Shown: positions 29,155-39,392 of the stretch, piece by piece
Layout: each line of letters opens with the position of its first letter
Position numbering within the stretch: the first letter of the stretch is position 1
Source of the DNA: a virus
Lineage: Duplodnaviria > Caudoviricetes
Length of the DNA: 59,734 bases
Strand: one strand, 5' to 3'
Virus record (IMG/VR): IMGVR_UViG_3300032676_000325
Span: 1-59,734 of that record
Position numbers and translations under genes: made by a program
The notes under the pieces: model-generated
Databases searched by the model: none
The model's input: only the letters and a program-made list of their open reading frames with translations
What the model was told of the DNA's origin: nothing

Positions 29155-29529
29155 TTATTTTCTCTTTTTCTTTGCTGATTTAGTTGCTTGTTTGTAAAAT
29201 ATGCTTTGTCCAAACCCATCGCCACCACCCATGCTGGTAGCAATACTGCCACTTGATGTTCCACCGCAACTTGCATCTTCTGACACTGTAGGTTGTATAC
29301 CCTGTTCGTGTTGTGAAGTAATATGTTGCATTACAGCGGTTAACATACCTTTAGCCTGTGCTACTTTTTCCTGACACCATTCAGGCAAATTTTCGTTAGT
29401 TTTGATCTCTCTACACAATTCGGTCATAGTACGAATAATAGTATGTAGATTGTCTTTAACTGAACCTGCTTCATCGTCATATTCTTCATGGCTGTATTCT
29501 GATTCGTTAATAAATTCTGATGGCTTCAT
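29155..29529 (-). CDS. candidate internal virion protein
   Basis: N-terminus MKPSEFINE; LPEWCQEKV helix; TAAATA at 29551-29556. Confidence 0.75.
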   Translation of the reverse strand: MKPSEFINESEYSHEEYDDEAGSVKDNLHTIIRTMTELCREIKTNENLPEWCQEKVAQAKGMLTAVMQHITSQHEQGIQPTVSEDASCGGTSSGSIATSMGGGDGFGQSIFYKQATKSAKKKRK

Positions 29530-29556
29530 TGGGATTTCCTTAATATAATGTATTTA

Positions 29557-29895
29557 TTAAATTGAGAAAGTTATTTCATTGTCCTGAACAGTAAACACAT
29601 TGCAAGTAGAAACAACCCCTTGTGCGGCGTTAGCTATTACAAAGTTCTCGAATCTAATAAAGGCCTGTTCGGGCAATTTTAAAATAGGATCTAATCTTAA
29701 AGAATGTTTATCACGTTCGATATTGACCCATAAGTCTTCTCTAATATAGATACTATCTTCCCAACGCCAAGTGCGTTCAGTAAGTAGATCTTTATCTAGA
29801 TAAATGCGATAACTTGGATTATTAAATTTTGGATTATGAATAGCCCAAGGTGGTCTTACACAATGCACATCGACTTGAATATTAATCAAACTCAT
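29557..29895 (-). CDS. hypothetical beta-sandwich-like protein
   Basis: 112 aa ORF abutting the upstream gene; loose resemblance to 30876..31316. Confidence 0.65.
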   Translation of the reverse strand: MSLINIQVDVHCVRPPWAIHNPKFNNPSYRIYLDKDLLTERTWRWEDSIYIREDLWVNIERDKHSLRLDPILKLPEQAFIRFENFVIANAAQGVVSTCNVFTVQDNEITFSI

Positions 29896-30846
29896 TTAAA
29901 TTAAACGTAATGCTCGAGCGTTTTTTGTTGGTGTATCTGGATGAACATCTACTGTAAGTGCATTTGACCAACGTGGATCTTTGGCTTCTTTTTTATTTTT
30001 GGGGATATAACCACTGGCTTCATTTACGTTAGGAGCCCAAAACTTATGCGGACCAAATAACTTATCAGCATGACCAATCTTCATTTTATCCATAGTAGAA
30101 GCCATCGGACTACGGTTCCACTTAGTAGCATCCTTAACTTCGTAATGCCATTTGCCACTCATTGTTTGTTTTAGACCCGCTTTAATTGCAGCTGATCTTT
30201 GTGTATTAGTATCGATGTTATAAAAATAATACCCTGGCTTAGGATCTTGCACGGTATCTTCATTTAGATCTTCTAATAACATACCTTTGCGTACTGCTTG
30301 ATATAATGCAGGTGCTAATTTACCCGCTCCTGTTGCTTGTACAAATGCCTGTTCGTCACCCCTAGCGGCTGCTTCTCGAGCATCACTTGCGCTTACTCCA
30401 GCAACACCATCTGCATCGGGATCACGATCACCACTTGATACAAAATTGATACTGTCAAATTGATAATCTTTACCATTGTAATCAGTTAGTAGTTTCTTAA
30501 AACTATCTAAGCGATCACTGCCTGCTACAAAAGTAATTGAACGATATCCTTTGCTATGTAACCATTGAGCAACTTGTATAATAGTTTTTAGTTGTGTATT
30601 ATAGACAATATGGCTTGCTTGTTGTGGAAATAATGCTTTAAGGAATTTAACTTTTGTAGCGTAATCTAACGGATTTTTCTTACTATCTTGAGTTTGACTA
30701 ACAAAAATAAAATAATCGCCACCTTGTGAGGTCTTAGCTACTGTGTCGATTAACTGCGCATGACCAACTGTAGGAGGATTCATACGGCCAAAACAAAAGC
30801 TCGCATGCTTGGGTGTAGTTGTTTCAAATAATTCAGTTAAAAACAT
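29896..30846 (-). CDS. HIGH-superfamily nucleotidyl/cytidylyltransferase
   Basis: FGRMNPPTVGH, NPL, VAGSDR and VSAS motifs; N-terminus MFLTELFE; TAAATA at 30868-30873. Confidence 0.85.
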   Translation of the reverse strand: MFLTELFETTTPKHASFCFGRMNPPTVGHAQLIDTVAKTSQGGDYFIFVSQTQDSKKNPLDYATKVKFLKALFPQQASHIVYNTQLKTIIQVAQWLHSKGYRSITFVAGSDRLDSFKKLLTDYNGKDYQFDSINFVSSGDRDPDADGVAGVSASDAREAAARGDEQAFVQATGAGKLAPALYQAVRKGMLLEDLNEDTVQDPKPGYYFYNIDTNTQRSAAIKAGLKQTMSGKWHYEVKDATKWNRSPMASTMDKMKIGHADKLFGPHKFWAPNVNEASGYIPKNKKEAKDPRWSNALTVDVHPDTPTKNARALRLI

Positions 30847-30875
30847 AGTAATCCATTGCGTATTACTTATTTAGT

Positions 30876-31316
30876 TTATATTGATTCTAGTAACCAGAGA
30901 TAATAAGGACTATTAAATGATAAAATATAAGTACCATTCCATCCTAAATTAATGCAATTATCTAAATATTCTACCATTTTCCCTTCAAATTCTTGTGGTT
31001 CATCTAATTTATATACTGCACTATGTAATAATTGATCTAGACTAATATCATCAATAGTAATATTGACAATATTAAGCATCATGTCATGTTCGATGATATT
31101 ATTGTTGACTATTGTATCTTTAGGAGTTTTGTTTTCTAAACGAATTTTGAGTTGATGTACACCATCATTGACTTGATGTGTAAACTTATGAGTTTGTGGT
31201 AGTTCACTAGATATTTCAGAGTTAACAATTAGTGTGTCATTTAACCAGATTGTATATTGTGGACGTTTGTCCCAATATGTTCCACTGACTGTTACTGAAA
31301 TATCTAATGATTCCAC
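30876..31316 (-). CDS. hypothetical protein
   Basis: 146 aa beta-rich ORF ending LGWNG...SPYYLWLLE. Confidence 0.7.
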   Translation of the reverse strand: MESLDISVTVSGTYWDKRPQYTIWLNDTLIVNSEISSELPQTHKFTHQVNDGVHQLKIRLENKTPKDTIVNNNIIEHDMMLNIVNITIDDISLDQLLHSAVYKLDEPQEFEGKMVEYLDNCINLGWNGTYILSFNSPYYLWLLESI

Positions 31317-31323
31317 GTGTTAA

Positions 31324-32109
31324 TTAAGGTTTACTTGGATCTACCGGAGCGCCACCTGTTAATACACTTAAATCACCTGCAAATTCATAGTGACCTGAAT
31401 GGTTTAGCAATACTTTAGCATGAGCATAAATCTCACCACCTAAAGCCGCCCAACGACGACAGAACAACCAATCTTCTGACAAATAGTGACCTTTTTCATC
31501 AATTGCTACGTCAAAGATTGAAAACATAGTTGGTTCATATTGTTTACCTAAACCTACATCATCTACATACTTGCATTCTGGGTGAGCAGCACATAGTTTT
31601 TCGTATACATGGCGTTTAAACATCATAAAACCTGTGCCCATTGTGTCCACTGGGAAAATATCGTTAATAATCTGTGTACCTGGTTTAACATTAATAACAT
31701 AGCTAATTGGCAAGGCTTTCTTAGGATATAGTCCGCCGATAACATCTTTATCAGTGGCTAACATCATAAAAATACTTTCTGGTTGGAAACGAATATCTGC
31801 ATCAATAAACATAAAGTGTGTAGCATCTTTATTGGTCATCATTTTAGCCATTAAGTTGTTACGAGCACGTGTAACTAATGATTCATTAACCATTGTATCT
31901 AATGACCATTGTAGACCCATTTTACTTGCCATTAAGATAAAACGTAAGAAACTTGTAAAACAAGGTTCTGTAATTTGTCCACCATAACATGGAATACCAA
32001 AGTGAATATGCACTTTGCTAAAATCATATTGTTGTGGTTGTGCTATCGGTGATGAGCCGATCATGCTCGGTGCATTAGGTTTAATACGCTTTGATTGTTT
32101 TGTGGCCAT
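31324..32109 (-). CDS. GT-A fold glycosyltransferase-like protein
   Basis: IPCYGG, ESLVTRARN, FIDADI (DxD), GTGFMM and LSEDWLFC. Confidence 0.8.
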   Translation of the reverse strand: MATKQSKRIKPNAPSMIGSSPIAQPQQYDFSKVHIHFGIPCYGGQITEPCFTSFLRFILMASKMGLQWSLDTMVNESLVTRARNNLMAKMMTNKDATHFMFIDADIRFQPESIFMMLATDKDVIGGLYPKKALPISYVINVKPGTQIINDIFPVDTMGTGFMMFKRHVYEKLCAAHPECKYVDDVGLGKQYEPTMFSIFDVAIDEKGHYLSEDWLFCRRWAALGGEIYAHAKVLLNHSGHYEFAGDLSVLTGGAPVDPSKP

Positions 32110-32131
32110 TGAAATCTCTCTTTTAATTGAA

Positions 32132-32296
32132 TTATGCTACTGTAATTTCTACAAGTGATCCTGCACCTGCAAGTTCTTGTACTACTGCTTCTAAACTTGT
32201 TACTGTATCTGCTGTTAGAATAACATCTGCTTCTTCATCGTTCCTTAGCAGTTTACTTACTGTGATTACTACGGTTTCTTCGTGTAACTTTGCCAT
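32132..32296 (-). CDS. small acidic protein (54 aa)
   Basis: Manual translation MAKLHEETVVITVSKLLRNDEEADVILTADTVTSLEAVVQELAGAGSLVEITVA; AAGGAAG SD and TAAATA at 32326-32331. Confidence 0.7.
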   Translation of the reverse strand: MAKLHEETVVITVSKLLRNDEEADVILTADTVTSLEAVVQELAGAGSLVEITVA

Positions 32297-32358
32297 GATA
32301 CTTCCTTATAATAACTGTATATAATTATTTACCATGGCATTACGGGGCATTAAAATTA

Positions 32359-34671
32359 TTATGCTACAATATATCCGTTTTCGTCAACGGTTTTGTTTTC
32401 CAATAAATCAACTGGTTGCGGAACAATAATAGTAAATGTTACTTTATCCCCATCCCAATCAGCAGTTACAATACTACCTGCTTCAACATTTTCAAACAAA
32501 ATCTTCTTACTTAACGGAACTTTGATTAGTTCACTGATCTTACGTGATAGTGGACGTGCGCCCATTGCTGGATCATATCCTACTTTTGCCAAGTGATCAA
32601 TGAGTGCTTCTGTGGCACGAATCTTAATATGGCGTTCACCTAACAAATCATTAAGTTCGTTGACAAATTTAGCAACAATCTTCTTAATACTAATGTCGTT
32701 TAGTTTGTTAAATTTAATCACCGCATCTAAACGATTGCGGAACTCTGGGCGGAAGAATTTTTTAACAGCACTATCATCTTCACCAGTTTTTTGTAAACTG
32801 CGACCAAAACCAATTGCATTTTGTTCGTTATCTGCAGCACCTAAGTTACTTGTTAGAATAAGGATACTGTGACGGCAATCTGCTTTCTTACCGTTTGAAC
32901 CAGTAATAATACCTTCATCCATGATACTTAATAACAGGTTACTAATATCAGGATGTGCTTTTTCAATCTCATCTAACAAGATGATTGAGTGCGGGTTACG
33001 TTCTACTTCGCTGATCAGTAAACCTCCACCTAGGTTACCATCTTCGTAGCCTACATAACCTGGAGGAGCACCGATTAGTTTAGCCATCGAATGTTTCTCT
33101 TGATATTCACTCATATCAAAACGTATTAGCTTCATGCTAAGGTTTTCACTTAATAGCTTACATAGTTCTGTTTTACCAGTACCGGTTGGACCTAAGAACA
33201 AGAAGTTACCTACTGGCTTGTTATGTGCTTTCATACCAGCTTTAGCTACATAGATCTTTTCTAACACTTGATCTACTGCATCATCCTGACCATACAAGCG
33301 ATCTTTAATAGTTACATCTAGTGTGCTTAGATTTTTAACTGTTTCTTCACTGCCTAAGTTTTCCATTGGAATCTTAGTTGCTTTGGCTAATGTTTCAACA
33401 ATTTCATCTTTAGTTACAATAAACTCTGGATTCTTAATCTTTAATCTAGCACAGCTCATATCAATAAGGTCAATGGCTTTATCTGGTAAACGTTTGTCTG
33501 TTTGATAACGCACACTTAGATCAACTGCAGCTTCAATTGCGTCGTCTGTAATTACACCTGCATGGAATGTTTCAAAATGCGTGCGCAATCCATGTAAGAT
33601 TTCTTTAGCTACAGTTGGGCTAGGTTCGTCAACACTTAATTTGTAGAATCTGCGCATCAATGCACGATCTTTTTCAAAGCTCTGTGTGTATTCTTCATAG
33701 GTAGTTGACGCAATAACTTTAATGTTACCTTTGGCTAATGCTGGTTTTAGCATGTTAGCAAAGTCCACTGAACTTGAACTACCTGCACCAGCACCTTGCA
33801 TTTGATGTGCTTCGTCAATGAATAAGATAGTTTTACCTTTTGAATTTAAAGCGGCTAATACATCTTTAAGTTTCTCTTCAAACTCACCACGGTATTTAGA
33901 TCCAGCAAGCAAGCTACCAATTTCTAAGTTATATACTATGTACTCTTTTAAATATTCAGGAACTTCACCTTTGACAATCTTATAAGCAATACCTTCAGCA
34001 ATAGCAGTTTTGCCTACACCTGGATCACCAATCATTAACACATTTGATTTGCTACGTCGAGCAAGTACCTGTGCAATTTCTTCCAATTCAACTTCACGTC
34101 CAATAACTGGATCAATCTTTCCTTCAGTAACCTGTAGATTTAAGTTAGTGCAATATTCTTCCAATACACGATCTGCAGGATCTTTTTTAGATCTAATATC
34201 TTTCTTAGCAGGTGAATGGGCTAAACGATCTTTGTTTTCTTCTGCATAGAATTCTATTAGTTGTTTGCGATTAATACCCCACTTTAGTAAGAAGTATGCA
34301 GCATGGCTGTTTTGTTCTTGACTAATACTTAGGAACAAATCGATTGGCTCCATTTGTTCACGTCCACTGAATAATACCTGTGTAAATGCACGATTAAATA
34401 CACGCTCTAAGCTATGTGTACGTTGTGGAGCAATATCTTCTTTTTCGATATTGACTAAATGGTCTTGTTTGCCAATATAGTCATAAATGTCACGAATTAA
34501 CTCTTCAACTTCTATACCATAGTTGTCTAAAAGTTTGTTAAAACTCCTAAATTCAGCTAATGCTAATAACAGGTGTTCTAACGTCACATATTCGTGATGG
34601 TAATCCTTAGCAATAGCGCAGGCTGTTTCAATAATTTCTTGTATTTCTGGATTTGAGTTTAGTGATGACAC
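32359..34671 (-). CDS. clpA: ATP-dependent Clp protease ATPase subunit
   Basis: Clp N-domain ([10 protein letters not shown]), two AAA+ modules ([16 protein letters not shown]), RFDMSEY, and an IGF loop for ClpP binding. Confidence 0.92.
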   Translation of the reverse strand: MSSLNSNPEIQEIIETACAIAKDYHHEYVTLEHLLLALAEFRSFNKLLDNYGIEVEELIRDIYDYIGKQDHLVNIEKEDIAPQRTHSLERVFNRAFTQVLFSGREQMEPIDLFLSISQEQNSHAAYFLLKWGINRKQLIEFYAEENKDRLAHSPAKKDIRSKKDPADRVLEEYCTNLNLQVTEGKIDPVIGREVELEEIAQVLARRSKSNVLMIGDPGVGKTAIAEGIAYKIVKGEVPEYLKEYIVYNLEIGSLLAGSKYRGEFEEKLKDVLAALNSKGKTILFIDEAHQMQGAGAGSSSSVDFANMLKPALAKGNIKVIASTTYEEYTQSFEKDRALMRRFYKLSVDEPSPTVAKEILHGLRTHFETFHAGVITDDAIEAAVDLSVRYQTDKRLPDKAIDLIDMSCARLKIKNPEFIVTKDEIVETLAKATKIPMENLGSEETVKNLSTLDVTIKDRLYGQDDAVDQVLEKIYVAKAGMKAHNKPVGNFLFLGPTGTGKTELCKLLSENLSMKLIRFDMSEYQEKHSMAKLIGAPPGYVGYEDGNLGGGLLISEVERNPHSIILLDEIEKAHPDISNLLLSIMDEGIITGSNGKKADCRHSILILTSNLGAADNEQNAIGFGRSLQKTGEDDSAVKKFFRPEFRNRLDAVIKFNKLNDISIKKIVAKFVNELNDLLGERHIKIRATEALIDHLAKVGYDPAMGARPLSRKISELIKVPLSKKILFENVEAGSIVTADWDGDKVTFTIIVPQPVDLLENKTVDENGYIVA

Positions 34672-34698
34672 TGTGCAGTCCTTACTTTAAAATATTTA

Positions 34699-35547
34699 TT
34701 ATACGGTTTTTACTGTTTTAAGTATGTTTAATTGTGCGTCAGTTAGTGTAGGTGTTTTTACAATAACATTGACAATCAAATCCCCACGATGTTGCGTATT
34801 CATTTGATATAGTCCTTGCCCTCCTAAACCGAATTTGCTACCAAACTGACATCCTTGCGGAATCTTAATTAGGAAATCTTTGCCATCGATGCCACGTATT
34901 TCTTTCTCTAACCCTAACATTGCATCAATGCTGTCAATTTCTAAATTTAATACTAGATTAATTCCGTGTACTTCAAACCTTTCTATAGGTAATACAGTAA
35001 TAATAACATAAAGATCTCCTCTTGTCAAGGTATCAAACATATTATCACCCATTTGTGCGTATTTGATAGTAGTACCATTACTTACACCGCGAGGAATATT
35101 AACATCTACATTAAATCTATCGCCTTTAGTAGTCTGTACACTGACCGTTTTCTTTTGGTCTGCCATGGTTTCATCTAATTGTATTGATATATTAATGCGT
35201 AGGTCTTTATTTTTACGAGGTTGGTGATGTGCTTGTTGGAACGGGTTACGACCACCAAATCCTTGACTAAAGAACTGTTGAAATATATCCTCTGGGCCGC
35301 CGCTACCAAAATGAAATTCAAAATGGCTACCGTGTGGATTTTGTTGTCCAAATGGATTTGGATTATCGTGCTGTTGTCGTTTAACCGGATCAGTTAATGT
35401 TTCATAAGCGTTTTGAATCTCTTGAAACTTAGCAGTATCACCGCCCTTATCCGGATGATGCGCACTGGCCAGCTTACGATAAGCCTTTTTAATGTCTGAT
35501 TCAGTAGCATCACGTGCTACACCTAAAGTTGAATATGCGTCTGTCAT
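34699..35547 (-). CDS. dnaJ: DnaJ-class chaperone (type II, no zinc finger)
   Basis: J-domain HPD, G/F-rich linker and C-terminal GDL motifs; start reset to MTDAY. Confidence 0.9.
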   Translation of the reverse strand: MTDAYSTLGVARDATESDIKKAYRKLASAHHPDKGGDTAKFQEIQNAYETLTDPVKRQQHDNPNPFGQQNPHGSHFEFHFGSGGPEDIFQQFFSQGFGGRNPFQQAHHQPRKNKDLRINISIQLDETMADQKKTVSVQTTKGDRFNVDVNIPRGVSNGTTIKYAQMGDNMFDTLTRGDLYVIITVLPIERFEVHGINLVLNLEIDSIDAMLGLEKEIRGIDGKDFLIKIPQGCQFGSKFGLGGQGLYQMNTQHRGDLIVNVIVKTPTLTDAQLNILKTVKTV

Positions 35548-35554
35548 AATATAT

Positions 35555-35600
35555 AGTATATAATAAAAAAGGAGAACTGTCAAGCTCTCCTTTTATTTAC
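35555..35600 (-). promoter_or_regulatory. terminator hairpin overlapping a sigma70 promoter for dnaJ
   Basis: AAAAGGAGA/TCTCCTTTT inverted repeat whose loop contains TTGACA; N17 to TATACT; TAAATA just upstream. Confidence 0.6.
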
Positions 35601-35618
35601 TTCGGCATACTACTAACC

Positions 35619-36155
35619 TTAGATTTTTCTTCTGCGTACAATTCCGTTTGGATCTACAGTCGGATCTGGATGTGGAACAGTATCTGGATCTACTGAAACA
35701 TTAATTGTAACAGGCTGTGGTTGTTGAGCAGGTTGTGCGTATGTATTAGCCACAGGTTGTGCCGCATATGATTGTGGAACAGGAGGTGGAGTATACGGTT
35801 GAGCTACTGGTTGTGCTGTTGTACCTGCTGGGGGTTGGTATGTAGTACCCATTCCTGGACCAAATCCTACTGTAGTAGGAGTTGATGTAGCACCACCTAG
35901 TTTCTCTTGTGTACGTCCATAAGCACTAATACCAATAATAGCACCCATAGCCATATGGAATAATCCACCGCCTTGTAAGGTCAATGGTTGCCATTGGCTG
36001 GTTACTGTGCCATGATCATGTGCTTGTAGTAGGCTCCATAATACTGGAAATCCTATAAAATCCATAAAACAGACCAGCATATATAGCCAGCCCATCATTG
36101 GACGCCACTTAGTGGTCATCCAATGTTCTTGTTGTTTTTCATCTCTGGTTGACAT
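35619..36155 (-). CDS. holin (GTA 3TM-holin-like) with a Pro/Gln-rich tail
   Basis: WMTTKWRPMMGW, hydrophobic segments and GRTQEK; part of the lysis cassette. Confidence 0.7.
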   Translation of the reverse strand: MSTRDEKQQEHWMTTKWRPMMGWLYMLVCFMDFIGFPVLWSLLQAHDHGTVTSQWQPLTLQGGGLFHMAMGAIIGISAYGRTQEKLGGATSTPTTVGFGPGMGTTYQPPAGTTAQPVAQPYTPPPVPQSYAAQPVANTYAQPAQQPQPVTINVSVDPDTVPHPDPTVDPNGIVRRRKI

Positions 36156-36178
36156 CGTCTCGCTCCTTATTGATTTTA

Positions 36179-36427
36179 TTATGCTACGCTAGATAACGCA
36201 ATTAAGCCTTCGATGACTGCATACATTAGTTCTTGCGTTTGTAGATCGTCAGCAGCCGCGCTGATTGCTGAACTATCTTTTAAATCATCTACTAATTCAT
36301 TATATTCTTCAGCTGATAATTCGCCAGCTTGGAATTTTGTTAGGTAATCATTAGCATCTGCGGCCCAGTTTGCTACGTCATCACTTGGGTGGCCGTTTAA
36401 TTGTTGTAATTGGTCTTGTAAACTCAT
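36179..36427 (-). CDS. small acidic protein in the lysis cassette
   Basis: 82 aa, coupled to the upstream lipoprotein gene. Confidence 0.7.
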   Translation of the reverse strand: MSLQDQLQQLNGHPSDDVANWAADANDYLTKFQAGELSAEEYNELVDDLKDSSAISAAADDLQTQELMYAVIEGLIALSSVA

Positions 36428-36825
36428 CTTGGTTTAGCTCCTATAGCTGTTTGAATGGTTGTTGCGTCTTTTTCAATTGCAGTTAATTTAAGCTCGCAAT
36501 AGGCTTTACTTACTTCTGCTCCTGAGGCATAACGATCGTTAAGTTCTACAACAATCTTAGCCAACTCAGTGGTCATTTTAATTGCTGGATCGTTATGTGG
36601 AATAGCTGAACTGTAGTTCTTTAGTTCTTCAGCGTCAAACGCTAGACTATTTGCCAGAGTTGGCATACTGTCTGTGCCACATTTAGACTTTCCTAAATAA
36701 GCCAAAGTTCTAATAGCATTAATCTGTGCGTATTCATTGTTATCAAAGTGTGCTTGAAGATATGAGTCAACTAACACACAGCCTGGCAATGTTGCCAATG
36801 TCAATATTAATAATAGTTTTTTCAT
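36424..36825 (-). CDS. lipoprotein
   Basis: MKKLLLILTLATLPGC lipobox-type signal. Confidence 0.75.
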   Translation of the reverse strand: MKKLLLILTLATLPGCVLVDSYLQAHFDNNEYAQINAIRTLAYLGKSKCGTDSMPTLANSLAFDAEELKNYSSAIPHNDPAIKMTTELAKIVVELNDRYASGAEVSKAYCELKLTAIEKDATTIQTAIGAKPR

Positions 36826-37091
36826 TTTATACTCTCATTGATTTTCTTTTGTGTATTATACCATTCAATCCAAGCATCAACCTTAACCTGGCATTCGTGG
36901 TATTGACTGTAATTGTCTGCTACTACTTCTAATACTTCACTTAGTTTAGTAGTGCCTTCTTTGACTTCTTGTAGGCCAGGACAGGCTAATTTTAAATCAG
37001 CTGGTACATCTGGCCATTTGGCCGTTACCGGTACATCTTCTAAACAGCCAGTTAGCAATACAAAAGGAATTAAGATTAATAAACGTTTCAT
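36822..37091 (-). CDS. o-spanin (Rz1-like lipoprotein)
   Basis: LTGC lipobox, Pro-rich segment, NYxxYHEC; follows the i-spanin. Confidence 0.75.
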   Translation of the reverse strand: MKRLLILIPFVLLTGCLEDVPVTAKWPDVPADLKLACPGLQEVKEGTTKLSEVLEVVADNYSQYHECQVKVDAWIEWYNTQKKINESIK

Positions 37092-37609
37092 TTGTTATCT
37101 CCTTCTGGAACAACATCTAACGGAGGCAATGTTAAATTTAATTTAGGTTTCTCACCACGTGCTGCCGCATTAAGAATAGTAATTGCGTCAGCATCTACTT
37201 TACATTCTTTGTCAATTTCTGTAGTAACTTCTTTAATAACCTGTTGAGTAACTAATTTTGTATCATGTATTTTTTTAATCTTAGTTACGATTTTAGTTTG
37301 TATCTGAACATTGGCCTGTTGACTTTGAACAGCAGCGGCATCTACTTTAGCCTGTAGTGCCGCTGCCTTAGCACGCCATTCTTCTTCTACGCCATAACCA
37401 CCTTTAAAATATGCGCCAGATACCATTAGGCAGATACCAACAATTTTAATAATAGCTGCATATGGAATTAAGCCTGGTTTCCAAGGTGAAATTTTTCGTG
37501 AAATAACACCAGCAAAGAATCCTAAGATTGTAGCAACTAAACCAACAGCAAAAACAATGTTAATAGCCCACTCTAAAACACTATCTGGAATAAAATGTAA
37601 TAAGAACAT
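37088..37609 (-). CDS. i-spanin (Rz-like)
   Basis: N-terminal TM helices, coiled coil and a C-terminal Cys; follows the endolysin. Confidence 0.7.
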   Translation of the reverse strand: MFLLHFIPDSVLEWAINIVFAVGLVATILGFFAGVISRKISPWKPGLIPYAAIIKIVGICLMVSGAYFKGGYGVEEEWRAKAAALQAKVDAAAVQSQQANVQIQTKIVTKIKKIHDTKLVTQQVIKEVTTEIDKECKVDADAITILNAAARGEKPKLNLTLPPLDVVPEGDNK

Positions 37610-37610
37610 A

Positions 37611-38225
37611 TTAGCCTCCTAGTAATTGTTTAGCAGTTTCATATTTGGCTTTGCGTTCTTCTAGGCCAATGGTACCACCGTTGACACGTTTGGTCATTGC
37701 AACAATATCATCACGATCGCAAATATCATTTAGGCCATGTGTTTTCCAAAACCACATAGCTGACTCTAATGCGCCATCTAACGTTTCCATATCTGCTACA
37801 CAACTATCCAAATCCATCCCCAAACTTTGAGCAAAGTGTGTGTAATTATCACGGCCAGTTAATTGGATAGCACCACGACCACGGAATTTGTATCCGTCGC
37901 CACTTGACTCCGGGCCATTGCCCATGCGGTTAGCATAAATTTTGTTGGCAATTGCTTCTGGATTGTGTGCGTATGGTTGCGCTGATTCTACTGTTGGAAA
38001 ATACTTGTGGAAGATCTTGTTTAGGCCTTCTGCCTTATAGTTTAAGTTCTCTTTGAGTATTGTAAAACCGTTTGACTCATGTCCGCACTGTGCTAAGAAG
38101 CCCGCTGCACGATTAACAGTGTTAATTTCGTATTTGTCGAATGCCGAGTTTAGAACCTCTGCGAGGTCATCCAGGAATTTGTTAGTTGGGAATAGATGTC
38201 TTAATTGATCTGCTGTCACTTGCAT
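37611..38225 (-). CDS. glycoside hydrolase family 19 endolysin
   Basis: FLAQCGHES, ENLNY, RGRGAIQLTGRDNY and VNGG. Confidence 0.92.
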   Translation of the reverse strand: MQVTADQLRHLFPTNKFLDDLAEVLNSAFDKYEINTVNRAAGFLAQCGHESNGFTILKENLNYKAEGLNKIFHKYFPTVESAQPYAHNPEAIANKIYANRMGNGPESSGDGYKFRGRGAIQLTGRDNYTHFAQSLGMDLDSCVADMETLDGALESAMWFWKTHGLNDICDRDDIVAMTKRVNGGTIGLEERKAKYETAKQLLGG

Positions 38226-38245
38226 AGTTGAAAATCCTTATTTGA

Positions 38246-38854
38246 TTATTTTAATCCGGCTGCTATTCTTAAGCTCTCCGTATATTCATTTTTTGGTGCT
38301 TTGGTATTTACCTTAACACCAGCTGTTGCTCTCATACGATCTAGATCTGCACGTTCCTTGTCAGACAATTCGTCACCTTCTTCTTCGCTACCGTATCTTT
38401 TTGTATATTCTGATGCTGTTAACGGTATCAATGAATTCAATGACTCGATGCTTAGTTCGTGGTCTTTTTGTGATTTTTGATATCTAACACGCCATTCAGT
38501 TATGCTTTGTTCTGTTAGATTCATAATGTCATCCATCATTTCATAAATTTGTTTAGGTAATTCTGGGGTACGATCTAATTCTACAAATACTAGATAATCG
38601 CCACCTTCTTTTTCACCTGAACTAACATCAGCATCTAATACGTAGTTATAGCCTTTTTCGATAAAACTGACTAGATCGGCACTAGGTTCTTTACCCGATA
38701 CTTTAAAACTAACTACACAAACATCGCAGTCATCGCCCATCTTGGATTTATATTCGTCAATATGCAACTCTGGATGAACTAAGCGTTTTAAATCTCCCAA
38801 TTCTAGATTTTCATTGATTAACTTAGAATTGCGGTTGTACATTTTGCTCTGCAT
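38246..38854 (-). CDS. hypothetical protein (start uncertain)
   Basis: LINE near the N-terminus; C-terminal LRIAAGLK resembles the amidoligase C-terminus. Confidence 0.75.
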   Translation of the reverse strand: MQSKMYNRNSKLINENLELGDLKRLVHPELHIDEYKSKMGDDCDVCVVSFKVSGKEPSADLVSFIEKGYNYVLDADVSSGEKEGGDYLVFVELDRTPELPKQIYEMMDDIMNLTEQSITEWRVRYQKSQKDHELSIESLNSLIPLTASEYTKRYGSEEEGDELSDKERADLDRMRATAGVKVNTKAPKNEYTESLRIAAGLK

Positions 38855-39374
38855 CCTGTTGATCTTGCTGTGATTGGTCGAAATTCATTTCTGAATCATT
38901 ACCTTCTTCGTAAGCTGATTCAATATCTTCTAAGTCTAGGTTTTCGCTTTCTAATTCTAAGCTACCTTGTTGTATTTCTTGCATTAACTTTTTAGGCATA
39001 ACAATTTTAACTAACCAAACTGGGACTTTTTTCATTTTAGGCATTTTAGTGCCTGGCTCAAAGTCTTCTGGCTTTTTAACTTTAATTGGATATTCTAATT
39101 TATCTTTGCTATAATAAATTTCACAGTCGTAATCTAATAAGCGTTCACCGCCACGTGGATCTGGCATTAGTTTGTATGGCCACATAAATGTACAGGTTAC
39201 AAAATATTTTTCGTAAACTGGCCCTTCAACTAATTCGCCTTCTTTCCAATGTTTAAATACATAAAGATCAAGTTCATCTAATACACGTTCAAAATCCATA
39301 AGAGTATTCAGACTACTGTCGGTCATGAATATCTCTTTGGTATTATCGATAACGTCTTTAATTGCTTTGCTCAT
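38823..39374 (-). CDS. hypothetical late protein
   Basis: 183 aa; TAAATA at 39394-39399. Confidence 0.75.
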   Translation of the reverse strand: MSKAIKDVIDNTKEIFMTDSSLNTLMDFERVLDELDLYVFKHWKEGELVEGPVYEKYFVTCTFMWPYKLMPDPRGGERLLDYDCEIYYSKDKLEYPIKVKKPEDFEPGTKMPKMKKVPVWLVKIVMPKKLMQEIQQGSLELESENLDLEDIESAYEEGNDSEMNFDQSQQDQQDAEQNVQPQF

Positions 39375-39392
39375 AGTTTAATGCTCTTTTTA

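Noticed and set aside
29154-29276. N-terminal extension of the 888 aa ORF
   Set aside because: It overlaps 29155..29529 by over 100 nt; ATG 29153 directly follows that gene's stop.
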